From contig JBCBZT010000005.1 in NCBI GenBank assembly GCA_039815185.1, positions 1 through 64,000 of the forward strand: 64,000 nt of DNA, given 5' to 3'. The stretch comes from Cyanobacteria bacterium P01_A01_bin.123. GTDB taxonomy: Bacteria; Cyanobacteriota; Cyanobacteriia; Phormidesmidales; Phormidesmidaceae. Shown here in pieces: positions 1 through 7,532 of the stretch; the first letter of the stretch is position 1; the number at the start of each line of letters is the position of its first letter. A program made the position numbers and the translations under genes. The notes under the pieces are model-generated. The model did not search any database. It was not told the DNA's origin and saw only the letters and a program-made list of their open reading frames with translations.

Positions 1-231
<231 letters not shown>

Positions 232-264
232 TCATTGCTGCTCAGCTAATCTGAGTTAGTCCTG

Positions 265-292
265 AAAGCGTCTCCCATGGGAGGCGCTTTTT
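265..292 (+). terminator. Intrinsic terminator after psbA
   Basis: AAAGCGTCTCCC-AT-GGGAGGCGCTTT hairpin followed by a T-run. Confidence 0.85.
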
Positions 293-327
293 GCGCTTTA
301 AAGTCTGCTAGACAATAGCAACGGTGA

Positions 328-432
328 TATGGCGGTAGCTACAAAGCTTTGTGCGCTACCGCTAGCCAGATTGCTTGTGGACTCGGCATCCTGACGATAC
401 TCGGTGCATTAACCAATCTGGCCAGCGCTATA
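328..432 (+). repeat. ~105-bp dispersed MITE-like two-hairpin element, copy 1
   Basis: TATGGCGGTAGCTACAAAGCTTTGTG...AATCTGGCCAGCGCTATA; five further homologous copies lie in this window. Confidence 0.92.
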
Positions 433-439
433 CGTTTGT

Positions 440-497
440 TGACTTCTGATTTCTAATTCCTGATCACTGGCGTTTGATTTTCTGCCTCCTGACTTCT
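440..497. repeat. Degenerate heptamer tandem repeats (TGACTTC-like, STRR type)
   Basis: TGACTTC TGATTTC TAATTCC TGATCAC ... TGCCTCC TGACTTC. Confidence 0.5.
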
Positions 498-629
498 TGC
501 TCAGGAATTTGGGTGTGATATATATCACGCGATCGCCTGACTAGAAACACTTGCCCAGAGACCAAATCTTCCCGGTTTGTTCTCGGTTGGGCCTTTAGAT
601 GGGGGTAAGTCCATCAGGAGTCCCCCATT

Positions 630-773
630 ATGTCTAGAACCAATCGTCCAATTAACCCACCTACCCCTTTGTTCGATGAGGCACCGGGTGTCACAGTGAA
701 ATCTACATCACGGCAAGTCTCTGCCCACTGGAAACTGGTGGGTGGCAAGCTGACTTGCCAATGGCTGCATTAG
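630..773 (+). CDS. Small hypothetical protein, 47 aa (not in ORF track)
   Basis: AGGAG at 616-620, ATG at 630; MSRTNRPINPPTPLFDEAPGVTVKSTSRQVSAHWKLVGGKLTCQWLH*. Confidence 0.65.
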   Translation: MSRTNRPINPPTPLFDEAPGVTVKSTSRQVSAHWKLVGGKLTCQWLH

Positions 774-809
774 GAGTGTGACGCAAATCCCAACCCAGAG
801 GAGCTCAAG

Positions 810-968
810 ATGGAACCGATGTATCGTGGGATGACGTATAACGCGATCGCCCCCAAAACAAATGATCAAGTCGCGTTTTGGGGCGATCGCGGCGCGTTCA
901 AACGTGCCAATGTTGTCCTGGAACCTTGGCCGTTCAACAAACCGGGCGATCAGAACAAACGCGGTTAG
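810..968 (+). CDS. Small DUF4278-like protein, 52 aa (not in ORF track)
   Basis: GAGGAG RBS at 798-803; the N-terminus MEPMYRGMTYN matches the DUF4278 MxxxYRGxxY pattern. Confidence 0.65.
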   Translation: MEPMYRGMTYNAIAPKTNDQVAFWGDRGAFKRANVVLEPWPFNKPGDQNKRG

Positions 969-972
969 GGTT

Positions 973-2127
973 CTAGACCTTAAATGCCTGGGTCAAATCT
1001 GCCACTAAATCATCAGCGTGTTCTAGACCGATGGAGAGGCGCAATAAATCATCTGGGGTTTTGCTATTGGGGCCTTCGATGGAAGCGCGATGTTCGATCA
1101 GACTGTGAACACCACCCAGGCTAGTCGCGCGGGTAAAAGACTGGAGCTTGCTGAGAATTTTAAAGGCCTGGGCTTTCCCACCTTGGACTTGAATCGAGAG
1201 CATACCGCCATAGCGAGTCATTTGTCCCTTAGCAATGGCGTGCTGGGGGTGCTTGGGCAGCCCGGGATAATGGATCTCGTGAACAGCGGGATGATCTTGT
1301 AAAAACTGGGCGATGATTTCGGCATTGTCACAGTGGCCTCGCAGTCGATAGGGAAGCGTTTGGATCCCCCGGAGCAATAGCCAGCAGTCGAAGGGAGAGG
1401 GCACAGCTCCGTTGAGGGTTTGCAGGGTACGCATCCGCTGACACAGTTCGGTTTCGCCTGAGGCAATGACGGCTCCCCCCAGCAAGTCGCTGTGACCCCC
1501 CAAATACTTTGTCGTGGAGTGAACGACGAAATCACAACCCAAATCGAGGGGACGCTGAATGACCGGAGTACACCAGGTACTATCGCAAATACAGACCGCA
1601 TTGTGGCGGTGGGCTAGGGCGGCGATCGCAGCAATATCGGTAATCCGTAACAGTGGATTGGACGGCGTTTCAGTCCAGATCAAACGGGTATTGGGACGGA
1701 TGGCCGCAGTTACCGTTGCCAAGTCGGTCATGTCGACAAAATCAACCTGCAATCCCCAAGGCACCATGACCTGGCTCAAGATATTGGCGGTGCCATGGTA
1801 GACATCTTGCGGTGCAATTACGTGATCCTGCGGGGACAGAGATTGAAATACGGCGGTTGTAGCAGCGGCTCCAGAACTAAACGCGATCGCCGCTGCCCCG
1901 CCTTCTAGAGATGCCAAGCAAGCTTCAAGCTGTTGTCGATTAGGATTGCCGCTGCGGGTATAGATATAACCGTGACTGTAGTTACCCACCCCGTCACGCT
2001 CAAAGGTCGTTGATAGATAGAGGGGGGGCACCACCGCGCCAACACCAGGATCAATTTCCCGTCCGGCATGGATAGCCAACGTTTCGAGGTGCAGGGGCTG
2101 AGTCTCGTCTTTGGGCACAGAGGTCAT
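973..2127 (-). CDS. metB: Cystathionine gamma-synthase/lyase family PLP enzyme
   Basis: YTRSGNP, ETPSNPLL, HSTTKYLGGHSD (PLP lysine), SLGGVHSLIEH, RLSIGLEH. The exact trans-sulfuration reaction cannot be determined from sequence. Confidence 0.85.
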   Translation of the reverse strand: MTSVPKDETQPLHLETLAIHAGREIDPGVGAVVPPLYLSTTFERDGVGNYSHGYIYTRSGNPNRQQLEACLASLEGGAAAIAFSSGAAATTAVFQSLSPQDHVIAPQDVYHGTANILSQVMVPWGLQVDFVDMTDLATVTAAIRPNTRLIWTETPSNPLLRITDIAAIAALAHRHNAVCICDSTWCTPVIQRPLDLGCDFVVHSTTKYLGGHSDLLGGAVIASGETELCQRMRTLQTLNGAVPSPFDCWLLLRGIQTLPYRLRGHCDNAEIIAQFLQDHPAVHEIHYPGLPKHPQHAIAKGQMTRYGGMLSIQVQGGKAQAFKILSKLQSFTRATSLGGVHSLIEHRASIEGPNSKTPDDLLRLSIGLEHADDLVADLTQAFKV

Positions 2128-2492
2128 ACGGGCTGTTGGTCAACGCTATGACTAAACGCATGCTGCAGTTGAGCCAAGATTTGTTCCATCTCGGCTGTTA
2201 AAACGACAAAGCGCGCAGCTTGATGCTGACGGGCAGCTATTTCTAATTCAGTCGCGTAGTGCTGCATATCTGTCAGCCCAACATTACCACTAGCGCCTTT
2301 AAGATGATGGGCAGTTTCTTCAACCGCTAAGAAATTATTGGCTGAAATTGCACCTCGCAAACGGCTCAGATGATTCGCGGCATCCTCAATATATAGCGCC
2401 AGCAACTCTCGCTCAAACTCCAAATCTCCCCCAGAGATATGTTTGAGTTGCTCAACATCGAGCGCAACATTGTAAGCGTGGTAATGATTCAT
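2124..2492 (-). CDS. Stand-alone Hpt (histidine phosphotransfer) protein
   Basis: AHHLKGASGNVG motif and helical Hpt pattern; start chosen at ATG 2492 (alternatives 2501/2504); the stop overlaps the metB start (ATGA). Confidence 0.88.
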   Translation of the reverse strand: MNHYHAYNVALDVEQLKHISGGDLEFERELLALYIEDAANHLSRLRGAISANNFLAVEETAHHLKGASGNVGLTDMQHYATELEIAARQHQAARFVVLTAEMEQILAQLQHAFSHSVDQQPV

Positions 2493-2560
2493 CACTTTCA
2501 TCATGCTATTCGGTGCAGTAGATCTTATGACACTTAAGATGCCCCATTTGCAGCGTGTAT

Positions 2561-2719
2561 TTACTCGCCAATCAGCCAAGCCACTAAGCCTAGCCCCCCG
2601 ACCCAGACTAACCATCGAGACAGCCCTAATACGCCTACAATGGTCTCTGGCAGTGCACTTAGCCACAAAGACAAGACTAAGCAGAGCAAAATTGTTCCGA
2701 ATAAAACCAAGGTATTCAT
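2561..2719 (-). CDS. Small two-helix membrane protein, 52 aa
   Basis: MNTLVLFGTILLCLVLSLWLSALPETIVGVLGLSRWLVWVGGLGLVAWLIGE; two hydrophobic segments. Confidence 0.65.
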   Translation of the reverse strand: MNTLVLFGTILLCLVLSLWLSALPETIVGVLGLSRWLVWVGGLGLVAWLIGE

Positions 2720-3049
2720 CGTGCTGATCAGTGAGGGCCAGTCAACTACATCAGCCACCAATCCTCTACAGGTGGCAAGTAAGACAAGTGGCCTTTTGTC
2801 GATGTCAAACTGTGTAGGGGGCAAACTGTGTAGGGTTAAACTGTGCAAGTCAAAACTCCTAATCCTTTTCTGATGGTACTCTTCAGATTCCGGGTTAGAA
2901 GGCATTTCAGTCCCTTTTTTTGATATGCACACCGTTTTTCAGCGTTAGCTTCATTAAAACTTTTTTGAAGGCATCCCGCAAACAATCGACTTTCTTGAAG
3001 TTCTGGTACGACTTTTCTATCGCGCGATCAAGAACGTCACAATAGAAAA

Positions 3050-3063
3050 GTAGCTTTCGATAC
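3050..3063. promoter_or_regulatory. NtcA binding site upstream of gdhA
   Basis: GTA-GCTTTCGA-TAC is a perfect GTA-N8-TAC with A-rich flanks, 19 bp before the ATG. Confidence 0.7.
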
Positions 3064-3082
3064 AAAAATTATTTCAAATCCG

Positions 3083-4369
3083 ATGCCCCATACACTGCTG
3101 TCTGACGCAAACCGTCGGTTAGATAGAGCCTTGAAGTACGTTTCTATCTCCGATGATGCCAGCGAACGCCTCAAGCGTCCTAAAGCCAGTTTGAAAGTCT
3201 CGATTCCGGTACGCATGGATAACGGCTCCCTCAAAGTGTTTGAAGGATATCGAGTGCGCTATGACGATACCCGGGGGCCCACAAAAGGTGGAATTCGCTT
3301 CCATCCCCACGTGACGATGGATGAGGTGCAGTCCTTAGCGTTTTGGATGACGTTTAAATGTGCAGCCCTGAACCTACCTCTAGGCGGAGCTAAGGGTGGG
3401 ATTACGCTCAATCCCAAAGACCTTTCAATGTTTGAGCTAGAGCGGTTGAGTCGGGGTTATATTGACGCGATCGCAGATTTTATTGGCCCTGATGTCGATA
3501 TTCCAGCCCCCGATGTGTATACCAATGCCATGATTATGGGCTGGATGATGGATCAATACAGCATCATTCGTCGTAAGCTTTGCCCCGCAGTGATTACCGG
3601 GAAACCCATCGGCATGGGCGGCAGTTTGGGACGCAACACCGCCACTGGTGCGGGGGCATTTTTTGTGATTCAGGCGATGATGGCCAAATTTGACAAGCCG
3701 CCTGCAGATACGACCGTTGCAGTGCAAGGGTTTGGCAATGCCGGTAGCGTAGTGGCTCGACGGCTGTTTGATGCAGGCTACAAAGTCGTCGCCGTGAGCG
3801 ACTCCCAGGGGGCGGTCTACTGCAAACGGGGTCTGGATATTCCTAGCATTCAGCAGTTCAAGGCCTCGACCCGCAGTGTACAGGCCGTGTACTGCGAAGG
3901 TACGGTTTGTAATTTGGTAGATGGATACGAAACCCTGACAAACACAGAACTGTTAGGGTTAGACGTGGATATTTTGGTGCCGTCTGCCCTGGAAAACCAG
4001 ATTACGGCGGACAACGCAGCTGATATCCGTGCCCAGTACATCTTTGAAGTTGCCAACGGCCCAATTACTGCGGATGCCGATTTGATTTTGGAAGATAAAG
4101 GCATTTATGTGTTTCCCGATATTCTGGTGAATGCGGGGGGCGTCACCGTCAGCTATTTTGAATGGGTACAAAATCGCAGCGGGCTGTATTGGCAAGAAGC
4201 TGAAGTCCAGGAACGGCTGCAGCGCATGATTGTAGAAGAAGCCGAAAAGATCTGGCGAATTGCTCAAGATATGATTATCCCCCTACGGACTGCAGCCTAT
4301 GTCCATGCCTTAGACCGCCTGGGGGATGCACTCAATGCAAAGGGGACGCGGGATTACTATGTCAGTTAA
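3083..4369 (+). CDS. gdhA: Glutamate dehydrogenase (Glu/Leu/Phe/Val DH family)
   Basis: GPTKGGIRFHP, GGAKGG, DIPAPD, VQGFGNAG, PDILVNAGGVTVSYFEW. Confidence 0.96.
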   Translation: MPHTLLSDANRRLDRALKYVSISDDASERLKRPKASLKVSIPVRMDNGSLKVFEGYRVRYDDTRGPTKGGIRFHPHVTMDEVQSLAFWMTFKCAALNLPLGGAKGGITLNPKDLSMFELERLSRGYIDAIADFIGPDVDIPAPDVYTNAMIMGWMMDQYSIIRRKLCPAVITGKPIGMGGSLGRNTATGAGAFFVIQAMMAKFDKPPADTTVAVQGFGNAGSVVARRLFDAGYKVVAVSDSQGAVYCKRGLDIPSIQQFKASTRSVQAVYCEGTVCNLVDGYETLTNTELLGLDVDILVPSALENQITADNAADIRAQYIFEVANGPITADADLILEDKGIYVFPDILVNAGGVTVSYFEWVQNRSGLYWQEAEVQERLQRMIVEEAEKIWRIAQDMIIPLRTAAYVHALDRLGDALNAKGTRDYYVS

Positions 4370-4440
4370 CGCCATCCCCCCTGCTCGCTTGCGCCCCATC
4401 ACGCTCAACAAGCCTGATTAAGCGAACAGTACAGTCACGA

Positions 4441-6177
4441 TCACGCGCCTTTAATCGTTGACCAGGGATCTTGAGCCGTTAGGCAGGCTTGCATGTCGGT
4501 GGCATCAAGGGGGCGGCTAATGAAATAACCTTGGACAACATCGCAGTGGTTATCGGCCAAGAAAGCCAATTCTTCCTCGGTTTCAATTCCTTCAGCAATA
4601 ACGGTTAAATCAAGGCTGTGGGCCATTTGAATCACAGATTTAACAATGGCTTGGTTTTTGGGGTCGGCAATGACGCCACGGACAAAGCAATTGTCGATTT
4701 TAAGCGTATCAATCGGGAACTGTTTGAGATAACTGAGGGACGAGTACCCTGTACCAAAATCATCAATGGCAATGCGCGGCCCCAATGCTTTCAGGGCTTT
4801 GAGAATCGCGATCGCGGCTTCGGCATCCTGCATCAGCGCAGTTTCAGTAATTTCCAGTTCTAAACAGGCGGGATCAAGTTGGGTGGTGTGCAAAATATCA
4901 GTAATCAGCTCGGTCAAATCAGGCTGATTAAACTGCACGCTTGACAGGTTAATTGACAACTGCAGAGGCGGTAGGCCTATGGACTGCCACTGACGAATTT
5001 GGGTGCAGGCCTTGCGAAAAAGCCACTCCCCAATGGGGACAATCAGTCCGGTCTCTTCCGCCAGGGGAACAAACTGGGCTGGAGAAATATACCCTTTGGT
5101 GGGATGCGGCCAGCGAATCAGCGCTTCGGCGCCTGCAATTAAGCCGCTATGAGTATTCATTTGGGGTTGGTAATACAGGGAAAACTCTTCGCGTTCTACG
5201 GCATAGCGCAAAGCGGTTTCTAAACTAATCGCGTCACTCGACACCACCGGAATATCTGCACGATAAAACTGAACATAGTTGCTTTTTTGGTGTTTGGCCC
5301 ACTCTAGGGCAGCGTCTGCCTGGCGCAGGATTTCCTTAACGTCTTCGCTATCGTCGGGATAGATAGCAATACCAATACTGATCGTAGCAAACACCTCTTG
5401 CCCGGGCAGAGAAAATGGGCGTGATAGGCAGTCGAGAATTTCATCGGCAACCTCGTGGATAGTTTTTGGGTCGCTAAATTTGGAAATGAGCACCACAAAC
5501 TGATTGCCGGTTAACCGGGCCACGGTGGTTGCTTTGGGGAGACAAGCCGATAACCGTTGGGCCGTGGCCTGCAACATTTGATCGCCAGCCCGAAAGCCCA
5601 AGATGTTATTCACCTGACGCAGCCGATCTAAGCTTAAGGACAAGAGCGCCACACGATGTTGTTCGGCTTTGGCAACTTTGATGGCTTGGCTCAACCGTTG
5701 GTAAAGCAGATGATGGTTGGGTAAGTCAGTGAGGCTATCGTAGTGGGCTAGACGGTTTAGGCGCTCTGCCGTGTGACGCAAAATGGTGACATAGCGTTCT
5801 GCAAGTGCTGCTTGTTTTGCCAGTCGGGTTTTGATCGCAGAGAGTAACTCTGCATGAGTAAAGGGTTGCAACAGGCAATCGGCCGCCCCCCGATCCATAC
5901 TTTTGCGCAAATCGGTCATATCGGCGCGATCGCTGATCAGAATGCAGGGAACGACCGCAATATCGGGACATGTTTGCAGGGTCTCTAAGAGCTGATGGCC
6001 CTCCATATCGGGCAATTCTGCCTGGACTACCATCAAATCAGGGCGATGTTCTTGCGCTAGCGCTAATCCTGATGCCCCATCATCGGCCGCAATCACGGCG
6101 TATTCTTCAGCTACTAGCAGGGCTGAAAGCGCCTGCCGACTCACGGTATCGCCATTAATCACTAGAATTTTCTGCAT
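4441..6177 (-). CDS. REC-GGDEF-EAL protein, probable c-di-GMP phosphodiesterase
   Basis: REC fold at the N-terminus; YDSLTDLPN; GGDEF degenerate (TGNQF); EAL motifs AEALIRW, ELEITE and DDFGTGYSS intact. Confidence 0.93.
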   Translation of the reverse strand: MQKILVINGDTVSRQALSALLVAEEYAVIAADDGASGLALAQEHRPDLMVVQAELPDMEGHQLLETLQTCPDIAVVPCILISDRADMTDLRKSMDRGAADCLLQPFTHAELLSAIKTRLAKQAALAERYVTILRHTAERLNRLAHYDSLTDLPNHHLLYQRLSQAIKVAKAEQHRVALLSLSLDRLRQVNNILGFRAGDQMLQATAQRLSACLPKATTVARLTGNQFVVLISKFSDPKTIHEVADEILDCLSRPFSLPGQEVFATISIGIAIYPDDSEDVKEILRQADAALEWAKHQKSNYVQFYRADIPVVSSDAISLETALRYAVEREEFSLYYQPQMNTHSGLIAGAEALIRWPHPTKGYISPAQFVPLAEETGLIVPIGEWLFRKACTQIRQWQSIGLPPLQLSINLSSVQFNQPDLTELITDILHTTQLDPACLELEITETALMQDAEAAIAILKALKALGPRIAIDDFGTGYSSLSYLKQFPIDTLKIDNCFVRGVIADPKNQAIVKSVIQMAHSLDLTVIAEGIETEEELAFLADNHCDVVQGYFISRPLDATDMQACLTAQDPWSTIKGA

Positions 6178-6342
6178 AACTATTTCTCAGAGCTTAGAGG
6201 AACCCATCTGGCATGGGTTTCCTGGCATGGGTAGATTAAACCTAAAAGTGCGATAGACCGATTTTCAGTAATCTAAACGTGCGATAGACAGGGTTTCTGA
6301 TCATACGACGTTTGTTTGAGCCGGATTGACTCCCTAGGATAG

Positions 6343-6366
6343 GCCTAGCACCCCAGGGTGCTAGGC
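6343..6366. terminator. Perfect hairpin downstream of the cyclase gene
   Basis: GCCTAGCACCC-CA-GGGTGCTAGGC. Confidence 0.55.
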
Positions 6367-6390
6367 AGCTTTTGGGGGTGAATCTCGGGA

Positions 6391-7521
6391 CTAAACGTTA
6401 GAAGCCAAACTGCGATCGCCAATGCCCAGCTTTTCTCGTTTATCCAACACTTCATAGACCCTCACTTTTTCCTTTTTGCCGCGTACAGCCTGAATGTCAA
6501 GATCGCGCGTGACCACCAGATCCTGGACTTTTTGATAAACCGGAGCACTAATCAACACTGCATTGGGTTTATCCCGAGTCAGTGATTCAATCCGCTTGCA
6601 GGTATTAACCGTATCACCGACCACCGCATAGTTGATCCGATCGGCTGATCCCATATTGCCCGCCACTACATTGCCCGTATGAATGCCAATGCCCACATCG
6701 ATAGAACGTCCCAACTGACCCCTGAACTGATCGCTCAACTCATCCCGCTTTTTGATCATCTCCAGAGCACAAAACACGGCATTGCTTTGGTGCGCAGGTG
6801 AAGCGACTGGGGCCCCAAAGGTGGCATAGATTTCATCCCCGATGAACTGATTCACCGAGCCGTTGTAGTGATTAATTACCTCGGTCATATAGGAATAAAA
6901 GGTATTGAGCACTTCTACAACCAGCTCAGGCGGAAACTCTTCGCTCAAGCCTGTAAAGTTGCGAATATCGCAAAACATCACTGTGGCTTCTAGAATTTCC
7001 CCCTTGATGATGGGCCCTTCTTGGCTAGACAGGGCGGTCTCAACAATAGGTTGGGGCACGTATTTAGAAAAAATCTGCACTGTCTTTTGCAGTTCTGCCA
7101 CGTTACGCTGCAAATCAGCCACCAAGGATCGGTTGCGTTCGCTGAGGTCATAAAGTTGCCGAGCATTTTCAATGGATAACCGAAAGTCGTCCTTATCCCA
7201 CGGTTTAGTGATATAGCGAAACACCCCACCATCATTGATGGCTCGAATAATCGCCTCGACATCGCTGTAGCCCGTCAAAATCATCCGAATCGGTCTGGGA
7301 AACTCTTTGCGAATGGTTTCGAGCAGTTCGACCCCAGTAACTTTGGGCATACGCTGATCGGTAATCACCAAGTGAATTGGTTTTTGGCGCATGAGGGTCA
7401 GCGCCGCTTCGCCAGTTTGGGCCGTGTAAATTCGGTACTCCCGGCGAAAAGCTGCCTTAAATGAGAATAAATTTTGATCCTCATCATCGACATAGAGAAT
7501 GGAGAAGTCGGCGTTAGGCAT
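6391..7521 (-). CDS. Response regulator receiver fused to class III nucleotidyl (adenylate/guanylate) cyclase
   Basis: ILYVDDE...ITDQRMP (phospho-Asp intact); FCDIRNFT, FIGD, GIGIHTG, GDTVN..KRIE. Confidence 0.93.
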   Translation of the reverse strand: MPNADFSILYVDDEDQNLFSFKAAFRREYRIYTAQTGEAALTLMRQKPIHLVITDQRMPKVTGVELLETIRKEFPRPIRMILTGYSDVEAIIRAINDGGVFRYITKPWDKDDFRLSIENARQLYDLSERNRSLVADLQRNVAELQKTVQIFSKYVPQPIVETALSSQEGPIIKGEILEATVMFCDIRNFTGLSEEFPPELVVEVLNTFYSYMTEVINHYNGSVNQFIGDEIYATFGAPVASPAHQSNAVFCALEMIKKRDELSDQFRGQLGRSIDVGIGIHTGNVVAGNMGSADRINYAVVGDTVNTCKRIESLTRDKPNAVLISAPVYQKVQDLVVTRDLDIQAVRGKKEKVRVYEVLDKREKLGIGDRSLASNV

Positions 7522-7532
7522 GGTCGGGATCG

